Origin: Owenia fusiformis
Lineage: Eukaryota
NCBI GenBank assembly: GCA_903813345.2
Contig: CAIIXF020000001.1
Span: 32,178,001 to 32,242,000, forward strand
DNA: 64,000 nucleotides
Direction: 5' to 3'
Numbering within the stretch: the first letter of the stretch is position 1; each line of letters starts with the position of its first letter. Shown piece by piece: positions 30,901 through 42,730 of this stretch. The notes beneath the pieces are model-generated. The model had not been told where the DNA came from. It saw nothing but the letters and a program-made list of their open reading frames with translations, and searched no databases. Position numbers and translations under genes: made by a program.

Positions 30901-33900
30901 AGACCTTTTTGACCTTGTGAAGGTAATTGAAGGTCGAATCTCAAATCTAAAGTCAGATTTGAACTTCTGATAACTTGTAATTGATTATGGAAAAAAATTG
31001 GTCAATTTGAAGCAAGTTGAAAAAAGACCTTTTTGACCTTTTTTGACCTTAAGAAGGTCATTGAAGGTCAAATCTCAAATCTTAAGTCAGATTTGAACTT
31101 CTGATAACTTGTAGATGATTTGAAAAAAAATTGGTCAATTTGAAGAAAGTTGAAAAAAGACCTTTTTGACCTTGAAAAGGTCATTAAAGGTCAAATCTTA
31201 AATATAAAGTCAGATTTGAACTTCTGGAAACATGTAGATGATTTTGAAAAAAATTGAAGTCAGTCTAAACAGTATTTGTTAAGTTATTGGAACAATATGT
31301 CACCAGTTTTTGGTGATGACATAATGAGATCATGGTACTAGTCTGCTCTTGCATCTGTCAATATTATCAGTTGACAATGAGCAGTTCTCTTGATGACAAT
31401 TTTGATGAAAAAATTTATGTGGCACCCAGTTGCCCACCCGCACACACAACAGCACAAGATAAGCACAATAAATCACTTTGTCAAAGTACAATTAGAAACA
31501 TTTGACCAACTAATTTGCATCATTTATTCATCATCCATGTGCATACATGTATCTTCCTAGAAAGTCATGGATATAGCAGCTAACAGCATTCTAGGGTTCT
31601 ATAAACTATAAAAGCCTCTAATAAGCACTAGATTTGCACTTACATCTGGAGTTTTTATTATATTCTTTTGCAGCTAAAATTATGAAACATTAGATCAATT
31701 AAAAACGTTTGTTTCCCAAAAAGAAAGATTTCCAGGCCAAATACGAGCAGATATAATATATCCATCCCGCTCCTAGGAATTTTTCAAAAGTTTAAAAATT
31801 TAAAATTTAAAGTCTTAAACTTTAAAAGTTTAAATGTTTCAATTTCATTGTATTGAACGAAAGGAATATTACGAAAATGTTAAATATAAATTGTGCTTTT
31901 ACAGTATAGGCCTATCTTGTCATTTGAAAAGGTGGAACCCCAAACCCACTCAAGTATGAGATACACCAGTTAGGTACGGTCAGCTTTGGATATAGGGTAT
32001 ATCCCTCGGGAAATATCTATATCTCCCCTTGGTCCCTTTTATCCAAAACCTCCCAGTACACAACCCTTATATAAATACTTTCTTTGATATATAAGTATTA
32101 CTGTATATTTACACTTGTACATGACTTTTTCCATATTTTAACTAATGTAGTAATGTAAAATGTTTATGTACATAATTAGGTCATGCTAAATGTAAAACCA
32201 CACGAGAGTGTGACTTTAAACATCATTTTTTTTAATATGAATCAAAAGACTGCCTTCAAATTAAAAGTTTCCTAATAAAGATAAAGACTATTCTTTTTAC
32301 AAATCATATATATAACAAATTGTTCCTCGAATTCTATTAAGTACCATAAAGGCAATAAATTAAATGTTTATGGACAGGTTTTGCCTTTAAATGATATGAT
32401 GACCAAGTTCTACGGGATAAAAATCCATCAGTTTTGACTTTATTTCAGGGTAACCTTCAATATCTTTAATATGTTTAATTTTGTTAAAAAATATAAAAAG
32501 TGGACATCCCCTTTTTCAAATCTAGTGAGTTTGAACATTTGAATAACTTCTATATTTTATCAGATATCTCAATTCTTCATCTCAACTTGTTTTGTGTAAA
32601 ATGGCCATTTAATTTTGACCATTTGGGATAGATCAATGAAACTTGGTAGAATGAAAGAACATTGAACGAACTTAAGATTAATTGTGCTAAATATGCCTTT
32701 AAACCCATGCTGAATGACTGAGTTATTAACATTTGTTTGGGTTACCTTTTTTTGGCTCACCCTGTAGTACTTCTTTTAAATGCTACTAATAAGTAAATCT
32801 TTACATATTTGTAATTGTAAATGAACAACATACCATCATAAGCTCTGTGCGGAGATCATTCAGTTTCTCCTCCTGTTCTTTATAAGCCTTCTCCTGAATT
32901 TGATGGTCTGCAAAAGTTGAAACAACACAATATTAAACAACAGTAAGGAAAATTATACATCCCATGATTTACAATACCTGACAGATGGAAACATGCCAAA
33001 AAACAAATATCTCGTCCTCATACTCAATTTCACCTCGTGCCAATACAGAAATTTTTGAGCAAAACATATCCTGAATTGCACTTCAAATCATTCAATAACT
33101 TATAGTATACAGGGATTAGAAGAAACAAACACAGGAATTAAAGAATATGTACCTAAGTCTTTGTGATACTGTTCTCTCTGTTCAGGACCTTTGATGTAGC
33201 GCACTCGTTCTTCTATGGTAGCCCGACCTTTCTGTGTATCCATAAACCGAATAGTTGGATCTCCAGGTATCTCTGTCTTCAACCTGCCAGACTTTGTTCT
33301 CTGGGGAGCACCATTGCCTGGTTTGCCAAAGTTATCATGGAAATCCTAAAAAAATATTAGGACATATATCTTTTTTGAATCTCTAATGGTATATTGATCA
33401 CTACAGTGACTACACTGACTACAATTGCCGAGAAAAACAGCATAACAAAAGGTATAAATATCAGTGTGATGTATCGTTGGTACAATATCATTACAGTTTT
33501 TGAATGAATAATAATTGCTACTTACAAATGGTATAACAAAATGTTGCTTATCTTCTAAAGTACCATAAAGGTAATAAATTAAATGTTCATTAACAGATTT
33601 TGCCTTGAAATAATGTAATAACTAAATTCTATGTATAACTTGTGTGAGCTACTCTAATCTGCAAATGATACCTTGCAAAGAAAAATAATGAAAAGTTTTT
33701 AAACAAGGGCCAGCTCCCTAATTGGAATTGTTTACTTGGTGCTGTGCACAAGACTGGTTATAAAAAGGGTACAATGGAACACCTCACAAGTGGATATTTT
33801 TTGGCAGAACCAAAGGCGTTCCAATTCTCCATTTCGCTGTTCGCTCTTTGAATCAGAACGTTCGCATATATGGTGCATATATGTACTCAAAAAGGACAAA

Positions 33901-36900
33901 ATTTGATTGGTCAATATTTTTCAACGATGCATTTCGTGTAGCTATTTGTGAGACCCGAAAGTTCTAAATCAAATTAATTACGCAATTTTGTTTTTACACC
34001 CGCAAGCTAAATAAAAAAATGACACCATCGGAATTCTTCTTCTTTGTCATTGAATTAATAGTCAGTATACCAGATTTAATCAATAAAAGATTATACAATT
34101 AACAACAAAATTCGGAAACGAGTATGTAAGATTTGCTTTCGAACCACTAAACTTGACCTAGATAATAGCGACGTGTCTTCTTTGGTCAAATGCTCAGTTG
34201 TTTGTGGGTTTTCAACGTAACTCTATAATGTAATATGAAGATGAGTACTTTTATTCAGTTGTTGCATCGATGTTACAGTTTGTAGTGCGGTAATATTGGC
34301 ATGAACGTGTTGAAAGTCGAATGGAATTGCTTTTTCCAATATGGCGACTAGTCACGTGACTTCTTCTCTTCCGGAATATACTCCCATTTTCAATCATTGT
34401 TTTCACCCCGTTAGGAGCCAATAAAATGAAAAAAAATATATGTTATATAAAGATTATTAAAAGACTAATTGTTTCTGATAGTTTGTTTTCTCCGATCGCA
34501 TGGAGATTCGATCGAAAATATCGCTTGAAAAATGGGTATGAAAATCCCCATGTTAAACCAACGGGGAAAAACAAGGTAGAAAAATTTTGTTCCCCCGCGA
34601 ACTGCATCATGGGAAATTTTTTGACCTTATAAGGAAAAACTTTCGCGCCATCTTTATTAGAGATTCAATACTACCGAATCCGCGATTTTAAGAATTGCAC
34701 AGATTTTACTGTACATGCATTTACACTTACACTATGTCCACTATTACTTGCTTCGTCGGATTCCAGCATTCTAGTTTTCTTGTTCAGATCAATATTGCTA
34801 CCTTTGGGAGCCCCATGACCAGGCTTTCCCCAGGGGTTGTAGTTCTGAAGCATGGCTAGGTCCTATAGAGGAACAACACACAACTAATAAATGAACTTCA
34901 ATGAACCATTGACTTACAGGTGCTTCCTTTTCAAAATACTTGATGTAAAGTAACAATTAATTGCATTTCAATAAAGACAGACATGGACATACTGTCCTTG
35001 TTGCTATTCAGCCCTGTAACGATGATCTGCTTACCTTTTTTCTCTCAGCTACCATTTGCTGCTGTTTTAGCAGTTTTTCTTGCTTATATTGCATGATATC
35101 AACCTCTGCTGCAGCCATTTCCTTCCGTGCTTTCCTCAACTCTGCAGAACTGCAAATATTAAGTGTGAGAAATATTCAATGTTTCATCTTGGGCATGATG
35201 ACTTCAATGTGTATAATTGATATTTGATTTTTCAAAACAGTCCATCAAAATTCCTGACATAAATAAATGTCCAAATTTTAAAACCAAAAGACAACAATCT
35301 AGATCTCTAGCAATCTAGCAATTAGAAATCCTGGAATCTACAAATTTAGATGAAATTATAATAAAGAAAACTTCATAAGACCATTAAGCATTTATAGGCC
35401 CCTTTATGTATTCCCCTCAATCTCTCAAGTGAGAGGTGAGATAGAGGAGATGGCCATATATAGGATCATAATGCAAGTCTAAAAAAATGAACAGCCTTAA
35501 CTACAAAAACACTCACTTTTTCTCTTGTAATGGGTTTCTGATGGGTCTTGGTTCTGTAGTGGGAGGTCTGGGTGAGTTTATGTCAGTACCATACAGAATT
35601 CCCTTGTGCCCAGTATCTATTGTAGGCTTGTTTACATCAAAAACATGTTTCTTAGCAAAGTTTTTATGCAAATCATTGGGTAATGATTTTGATAATGGGT
35701 GCTTTGTTCCAACAAAATGTTCCTCAGGGAAGCCTCGATATCGGAAATTGTTTTCTTGTTGTATTTCCTCCACTGAGGGGTGGTAATGTGAAAGATCTCT
35801 GGGTTGAACTAAAAGTAGAAGTCATGCAAGCAAATGAACAATAATTACTAACAAGGCAATTACCATGACAAATTGTCATCATCTGTGAACAGTTCCAAAT
35901 GTATAACAATTTATTACAGATGCCTGCTAATGCCAAACTTTGAATGCCAATCATTAAAAACAGTCACTAGAACAATCTGTCATCACTTCTTGCTCTGGGT
36001 GCATAATAATAATAATGAAATTATATTTACATTTAAAATACATTTCTGTTGCTTCATTACAATTTCATAGAAATGCCAATTGAATGTACATGTATGTTGA
36101 AATATTTTCAGGCCATAATTCTCCTTGCATATATTACATGATATATTCAGCAAAATTCAATAAAAGACATACATGTACAACAAAAATGGAACAATTCACA
36201 CACGCAATTTCCTTATTCAAACATCTAAAACATTTACCTCCCTCGACTCTATCGAATTCCTATAGACTCCAGTAACAATACATTGATTACTTCCAACTTT
36301 AGGCATATAGTACAACATAGAAATCTCTGAATATGTATAAGTTGGTGCTTTATTTGGTTACTATATCAACAGATCAACATTTTCCAAAGATAACAAGTAA
36401 TAGACTGATTGGAATTGCATGTCATAACGTATTTCTAATTAATTAATCAATATGATGTAAACTCTTCTATTGTAATACCATTTCTCCAGTTTTACAATAT
36501 AGGGACCACATTGATAAGTAATTAGCAGAGAATAAATGAATGTTTACTTTGCCAATTGTTAGACAAAAGAAAACTGGACTTTTCAAAATCATTCTGATTT
36601 TCCATTTAGTGATCATTATATCTTTAATAGGAAATGAATATTTACTTCAATACTGTATATTTTCTTCTATACTGAACTTCAGTCTAAATATTTCAATTAC
36701 TTAGGACTATGCGTTTTGCTTAAACCCAGAGCATTGTACCACTTAACCTTCAATAGAAATGTTGAAAATATCAATACTGTGACATTTACCTCATTTTGAG
36801 CCCCATAACCATGTTGCCTCACCTGCAATATGTAATCACACACACTGACTCATGCAGTCAAACAAACAGAAATTTACCTTGATAGATAAATTAATCTATT

Positions 36901-39900
36901 AAACTAAGTCTAAATATCCAAAAGTCAGCAAAATAGCTAAGGAATGGATATTTCCTTCACTTTGAGTACCATATAGCCATGAAGTCAATATCCTATGGCT
37001 ACAATATCCACACAGTCTAACCAACAAAACTCACACAAAGTTGATAAATCGATGAACCACAGGTTTTCTAAAACCCTATGATTAATCCTGAATCTAAATT
37101 CTAATTAATTCTAAATTACAGGTAGAAGTCAGCAGATGTGAACATATACTTTAGGAGCACACTATACCTAGAAAGCTTAAGCAACAAAGTACACAAAAAA
37201 TTAACTTTGGCTTCTCAATTGTACCTCTGAGAGTTCCGTCAAATGTTGTGTTCTGGGGACCAGGAATAAGTCCTACTAAACTTTTCCAATGATTATCACG
37301 AAGTTTTTGACATCTTAAAGTGACTGGATCATCGCCATAATATCGCTAGTAGAAGTAAATAAAGAATCAACAGGTTACTGGTTGTAGTTGCCATCTGACT
37401 AGAGTTAAGCCTTTTGTAATCTTATAAAACAACATTGTATGAATTTATACTTATATTTAGTATTGTGTTCCCTTTACATATTACATCACATAACATTATT
37501 CCACAATACAAGTATTTTCATGGCATTAGCTAGGAATAAAAATTAATGTCTGATATATAATTCTCAAGATGTATTTCATGAATCTCTTTCAAGAACTGTT
37601 TTAAGAAATATAATAAAGTCAAACAACCCACCATGCAAAGTTTTTTAATTTTTAATATGACCATGGTAGATTAATGCTCTCATAAGATTATGCTTTGAAT
37701 TTAAATAACCTTTATGAACAGGATCAATGATTTATTATATAACATTAATGTAAATACATTTTCTATATTTCTAATAGGCTGATTTAAACATAAAATCCTA
37801 TATTTTTTCAAAAAATATTTTACTTACTTAAATTACCTAATGCATATGTAATCTAAGTTGTAAAGCAATCTTTATTAATAATATCAAACTAATTGAAGAT
37901 TTTGAACTTGGAAGAAAGTGATAGAGGAACTGATTCAAAAAGAGGTAGGCTAATTAACAACATAGAATTAACAGAAATAGAATAAACAGGTAAAAGTGCA
38001 AGAATCTAGAGGCCTTATGCAATAACATGCATGTACTGGCATCCCAAATATCCAACAACACATATAAGTTGAGTCAGATCAGTCAATATAATGGCTCAGT
38101 TCACAAAAATGAGCATTCGAGTTTTATCAAGCTATCAATTGCAAGGCTATCTAGTTGAAACTGTACAATACTGAATCTAATAAGCAACATTTAGAATTAA
38201 TTAGAAACCTACCGTTCTAACCATTTCTAATTTTCTTATATCATATTTTACTCTGTTTGCCCTGAAATAAACAACTGAAACTTTTACGACATAATTCTAT
38301 GATATTTGGAAATTTTAGAAACTTGTCTGAAACAAAAATGGCGGTCATAAAAAGGAAAATAGATCGCTTTTCAAAGATTGCATCATTTAGAGCAATATAT
38401 TGGGCACATTTTCTGAAAAATTCAAAAGATTCTGTTCAGTGACCTTTCCTTACTATATTTGCACATAGCCATCTTTAGATAGATCTCTCAGGAGATAGCT
38501 TTGTGTAAACTAAGTAAACCTTTCCCACCTCCTACTTTTAGCTATTTTTCAGTCACATTTTCAGAGTGCTGAAAGGTTATTTCATCATGTTTAGGGTCAT
38601 TCTGACCATGAACATTGTGATCCTGGACCTGTAAATGGTATGTGGAACTAGTTGAATTGACTGGAGGTCAAAACAGAACTCTGTTATCTTTGTTCAAAAA
38701 ATGTCTAAAAATGCAAAAGTTTTTGTCAATTCCTGTTTTGTATTACACATTAAAATAACGTTTTTGACGTAGCATTGCATTACTTCTCTCCTTTCACACA
38801 TCACTGACAGGCATAGTCTTTAATTCATGCTACTGCGATTTGCATGGCAAGTCACATGCTATCTATTGCAAGACTTACGCCTGCCACAACCGTCGCCATG
38901 TTAATCAGTGTTTTTTAAGTAGCGCAAGGATGCTGTCATGACCGTGGTAGTGTTATCGTGTAAGCCTGGTATAACCGTGACAGGCTGGTATAACCGTGAC
39001 AATGCTGTATTCTATTGCAAGGCCTGTCATGACCCTGGAAGTGTTATCGTGGAAGCCTGGCGCGACCGTAGCCTTTATTGTGGTTTATAAGCGAATGTGA
39101 ATATTAATGTATAGTAGTAATTTTGATTTTGACATGATTAAGGTAGTTAAACACCATGATCATAGTATTAAACTGTTTAATTGTAATGGGGATCACTTAA
39201 AATTGTTAAGGATATTCCTGGCATTAATGTCATACATATTTACTAGTCATTGCAATACATCATAACGGTCATAGTAGAACTAAGGCTAAATCTCTACATT
39301 ACCACCCTCATACCTGGCCTTGCAATACTATATTACATTGTCACGGTCATACCAGGCTTTGCGATCCCATAATACATTGTCATGGTCATGCCAGGTTTTC
39401 AAATACACATTGTCACGGTCAATTATAGCAATCATAAATTTCTACATTACCACTCTCATACCCGAACTTGGAATACTATATCACATTGCCATGGCGGTCA
39501 TACCAAGCCTTGCAATACTATATTACATTGCCATGGTCATGCCAGGCTTTGCAATACACATTGTCACGGTTATAGCAGTCCTAATCGTAAATTTCTACAT
39601 TACCACTCTCATACCTGAACTTGCAATACTATATTACATTGTCACGGTCATGCCAGGCCTTGCAGTACTATATTACATTGTTACGGTCATACCAAGCCTT
39701 GCAGAACTATATTACATTGTCACGGTCATGGCAGGCATTGCAATATAATACAGCATTGTCGCGGTTATACCAGGCTTTCACGATAACATTACCACGGTCA
39801 TGGCAGGATCCTTGCGCTACTTAAAAAACACTGAATAACATGGTGACGGTTACGCCAGGTGTTAGTCTTGCAACAGATAGGGTCTCTGGCAAGTAGACAT

Positions 39901-40642
39901 AAAGTATACCTCCACCACTGGATCTACTTCCGGTTACCCCCATAAATGTGAGGTTATTTTGAGTTTTTTTTATTATTTTTGATTTTTTTTCTCAAAATAA
40001 CCTCACAAAGCTTACTTTGTTGATTCTACGGGGATTTTTTCTTGAACGCCCATGGTAGAAGACATGCTAAATTTGTACTAAAATAATCAAATTTTATAAA
40101 CTTTTTTATTATTTTCGTATCGACAAGACATTAATCATCAACTTGCTACAAAAGATAGCCCTCGAAATAATCTATTAATTCTTTTAATGACGATCTAGTA
40201 CGGATAACAGAAATTTCTCAAACATTTTCAATTTTGTACTTTCCTTCCAATTTTGCAAATTACTCCCGTTATAAAGCATCGTTTCGACTGATAGATCGCT
40301 CATTACATTGGAAAAAGAATCATCTTTACAGAAGAGAAGAAAAAAGGTAAGGGAACTGCTGATATTGTTCGGACTTGAATCTTCAAATCATGTAAACAAT
40401 TCCCCAAAGAATCAATATAGTAAACTTTGTGAGGTTATTTTGAGAAAAAAAATTCAAAAATAATAAAAAACGTCAAAATAACCTCACATTTATGGGGGTA
40501 CTTCCGGTAAGCCTGATGAACTGATGAGTGATGTTTCAAAAACACATTTTCTTCATCATACACTACTTTACAAATACTTACCATTGTATTCCAGCTTCCA
40601 GGGGCCTCGGTTAGGGTCCACCATCCGCCTGGCGCTCCGCAT
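6944..40642 (-). CDS. Multi-exon uncharacterised protein (~786 aa) with 7 PWGKPGxGAP-like repeats and coiled-coil-like segments; CSPP1-like motif, possibly ciliary or microtubule-associated
   Basis: Manually spliced GT-AG exons, all phase-compatible: 40582-40642, 38213-38274, 37225-37345, 35517-35808, 35035-35149, 34731-34862, 33153-33345, 32834-32907, 28792-28849, 27907-27981, 22545-22585, 21931-22059, 11255-11375, 10760-11058, 10253-10495, 9864-9971, 8408-8467 (less certain), 7187-7318, 6944-6988 (TAA). Total 2361 nt, open throughout, starting MRSARRMVDPNRGPWKLEYN. The product call rests on motif recall only. Confidence 0.85.
7501..7576. repeat. 19-bp tandem repeat x4
   Basis: GTACTTAATGTACTATGAT repeated four times. 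Confidence 0.9.
8664..8937. mobile_element. hAT-like MITE
   Basis: TIR CAGGGCTGGCATGGAATG / CATTCCATGCCAGCCCTA; 8-bp TSD ATACATGG/ATACATGC. Confidence 0.75.
12296..12850 (-). mobile_element. Possible 3' end of a decayed LINE
   Basis: On the - strand, AATAAA is immediately followed by a (TGAAT)n tail. No recognisable ORF remains, and the extent is approximate. Confidence 0.35.
13340..13640 (-). pseudogene. Decayed mariner transposase C-terminus
   Basis: Translates LH*DNAPCH ... SSDMAP*DFYFYGDLKSE...TEEDL...NWIKCHLKCVE, paralleling the intact transposase at 24552-24878. Confidence 0.7.
14013..14255 (-). mobile_element. MITE, same family as 20925-21203
   Basis: CATAGGCGTAGCCAG...CTGGCTACGCCACTG with flanks TAGCG/TAACG. 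The body aligns in reverse to 20925-21203. Confidence 0.75.
15419..15538. repeat. ~120-bp near-palindrome (mini-MITE or hairpin)
   Basis: TGGTCACATTTGCTC..CGGCGCCCGGCCGATGAGTATTTTGTTCA / TGAACAAAATACTCAATCGGCCGGGCGCCG..GAGCAAATGTTACCA. Confidence 0.75.
17232..18033. mobile_element. Foldback element whose ~140-bp arms are built of AACTCAACCCC(A/T)G repeats
   Basis: GGTCATCTCAACCCCAAGTCAACTCAACCC... at the left end and its reverse complement at 17893-18033. The TSD is not clear. Confidence 0.75.
20925..21203 (+). mobile_element. MITE (CAGGGGCGTAGCCAG TIR), 5-bp TSD ATAAA
   Basis: TIRs at both ends. An inverted sister copy is at 14013-14255, and partial ends are at ~18122 and ~23137. Confidence 0.75.
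23245..25183 (+). mobile_element. Full-length mariner (DD34D) transposon with ~186-bp TIRs and TA TSD
   Basis: TA|CCAGGTCGTTCAATAAGTTCTCATAATTTTGCTC... at 23245 and its reverse complement ending at 25183|TA. The TIR similarity spans 23245-23430 and 24998-25183. The element encloses a transposase. Confidence 0.95.
23631..24878 (+). CDS. Mariner transposase, 367 aa, two exons (23631-24353, 24498-24878)
   Basis: Contains an N-terminal HTH region, WVPKEL, ITCDE, HQDNAPCH and YSPDEAPCDF, with 34 residues between the 2nd and 3rd Asp. A 144-nt GTAAGC...CTGAC...TTTCAG intron joins the two ORFs in frame with no stops. Confidence 0.93.
29077..29527. mobile_element. PIF/Harbinger-like (Tourist-type) MITE
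   Basis: About 42-bp TIR GGGGCGGGGTCAAAATAT..ATGTTCATATGGAGACGAAAGTA; 3-bp TSD TTA/TTA. Confidence 0.8.
30256..31325 (-). mobile_element. Helentron/HINE-like element carrying a ~120-bp tandem array
   Basis: Ends AAGGCATTAACATG..AAAATGTCACCACC and AATATGTCACCA...TGGTGATGACATAA match the short copies at ~6288-6398, ~53702-53865 and ~55805-55951. About 8 internal units contain AGTCAGATTTGAACTT...TTGACCTTGAGAAGGTCATTGAAGGTCAAA. Confidence 0.65.
38859..39882. mobile_element. Non-autonomous TIR element with long arms and an internal ~40-bp tandem array
   Basis: CTATCTATTGCAAGACT...CAGTGTTTTTTAAGTAGCGCAAGGA is inverted at 39808-39880. The repeats TTGCAATACTATATTACATTGTCACGGTCATACCAGGC span 39250-39770. 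Confidence 0.7.
39935..40500. mobile_element. MITE with ~100-bp TIRs and a perfect 8-bp TSD
   Basis: CTTCCGGT|TACCCCCATAAATGTGAGGTTATTTTGA ... TCAAAATAACCTCACATTTATGGGGGTA|CTTCCGGT. Confidence 0.9.
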
Positions 40643-40649
40643 TTTGTTA

Positions 40650-41025
40650 AGGTGGCCCCAGATTTAACTAATTTAACGTTTCACCTGATCAAAATTCATT
40701 TTGAGCTCATTTGTTGAAGTAATTGTCATGGCGCTGCAAACAATTGGATTTGGGAAACGACAGGGTAGAATGGCTTACAGAAAACAATATGTATATGATA
40801 TTAATTTTCGGCTACACTGTTTTACTGATTTATAAATTTTTTGAATTAATTTTATATATCATTGAACATATTTATGATGTTGAGTCAAATATCGACAGAG
40901 GATGAATACATTATATTTCGGAAACGATTACTTTTAAGTCTCAAAAATCTGACCTCGATAAACCGGAACCAAACCACAATGTACGCATGCGCATATGTGA
41001 GATTCCAGAATTAAACATTTTGAAA
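40650..41025. promoter_or_regulatory. Probable bidirectional promoter and non-coding first exon of TTC21B
   Basis: Lies just upstream of the - strand gene's ATG (40642). It contains an NRF1-like ACGCATGCGCA (40983-40993), CCGGAA, and a strong donor AA|GTAAGT at 41026. The TTC21B ATG exon starts with an acceptor (ttttccag at 53483-53490), which implies an upstream exon. Confidence 0.55.
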
Positions 41026-41229
41026 GTAAGTCTATGTTTTCTAGTTGTTTTGTTGTAAGTCGATGTATTTTCATCTTTCATTATCAATACAGCTCTCTAA
41101 ATAGAATACATTTGGATCTATTTATGACACACATGTATCTTTGTCATCTTATTTTATATACCAAAACCTGAAGTCTGTAGACTACAATTAGACTATTCTT
41201 TTTATTCTGTGATTTGTGAACCAGTTCAT

Positions 41230-41509
41230 TAGTTCAACAAGTTAAACCTAGTCTGGGCCTTATTTCTTATCTGACATATCTTGTGGCCCGCCCTAGGTTT
41301 AACTTCCGTGCCTATTCAGCCCTTGATGCAAAAATATTTAATGGTGGCCTATGGTTCCGCATGGAATTCGATGCGCGTTTAATTAATAACTGATGGTGGG
41401 AATTTGCAACAAACGAAAGCATAGCACGGAAGTTAAACCCAACCACGGCAACACGAACATTCAGATTAAAAAATGAAAGCCGTGGTATTGGGTTTAACTT
41501 GTTGAACTA
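41230..41509. mobile_element. MITE with a 19-bp TIR and a 9-bp TSD
   Basis: CCAGTTCAT|TAGTTCAACAAGTTAAACC ... GGTTTAACTTGTTGAACTA|CCAGTTCAT. Confidence 0.85.
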
Positions 41510-41764
41510 CCAGTTCATAAGATAGACTTACAGTTGGGGACAAAAATAAATGAAAGGTCGATTTTCGATCACCATTTCCTAATTATGGTGGTCTGAAAGC
41601 CCATAATTTCCAATATTGTCTAGATACATATCCCTTAAAATTTGTATATTTTACATTTTGTATAATCTCATCCACTGATTTATGGGCTGCGGTTCCATGT
41701 AAGCAGTCACGAGCTAAAATGTCACGGCACTTAGCCATTTCTAACCATGCAACATGTATACTGT

Positions 41765-42730
41765 ACATTGCTACACATTGCTACACTGTGTCAAGCACCT
41801 ATACATAGGCTGGAAAGCGGGGTAAACGGGGTACATATCCTTACCTGTATACTCTACATTGCTACACTGTGAGGCAGCTTCTACACATACCATGGAGGTG
41901 GGGTAAGCGGGGTGCATACCTTTACATGTATACTCTACATTGCTACACTGTGTCCAGCACCTATACATAGGCTGGAAAGCGGGGTAAGCGGGGTACATAC
42001 CTTTACATGTATTCTCTACATTGCTACACTGTGAGGCAGCTTCTACACATACCATGGAGGTGGGGTAAGCGGGGTAAGCGGGGTGCATACCTTTACATGT
42101 ATACTCTACATTGCTACACATTGCTACACTGTGTCAAGCACCTATACATAGGCTGGAAAGCGGGGTAAACGGGGTACATACCTTTACATGTATTCTCTAC
42201 ATTGCTACACTGTGAGGCAGCTTCTACACATGCCATGGAGGTGGGGTAAGCGGGGTAAGCGGGGTGCATACCTTTACATGTATTCTCTACATTGCTACAC
42301 TGTGAGACAGCTCCTACACATACCATGGGGTAAGCGGGGTAAGCGGGGTACATACCTTTACATGTATTCTCTACATTGCTTCACTGTGAGACAGCTCCTA
42401 CACATACCATGGGGTAAGCGGGGTAAGCGCCGTTTACATGTATTCTCTTCATTGCTACACTGTGAGACAGCTCCTACACATACCATGGGGTAAGCGGGGT
42501 AAGCGCCGTTTACATGTATTCTCTTCATTGCTACACTGTGAGACAGCTCCTACACATACCATGGGGTAAGCGGGGTAAGCGGGGTACATACCTTTACATG
42601 TTACATAGAATATATTAGTTACTACATTGTTTCAAGCTCCTACATGTATACATAAACACTGTACATTGCTACACTGTGTCAGGCACCTATACATAACCTG
42701 GGAAGCGGGATTAACGGGGTACATATCCTT
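41765..42730 (+). repeat. Subterminal minisatellite, ~60-70-bp units (ACATTGCTACACTGTG...GGGGTAAGCGGGGTACATACCTTTACATGTA)
   Basis: Direct reading of tandem units; periodic ORF translations. Confidence 0.9.

Noticed and set aside
33720..34712. CpG-richer intronic block, probably a transposon remnant
   Set aside because: I could not define matching termini or a TSD.
41771..42493. Cys/Tyr-rich repetitive ORFs (also 49373-50004 and 39320-39824)
   Set aside because: These are translations of minisatellites, open in several frames and on both strands.
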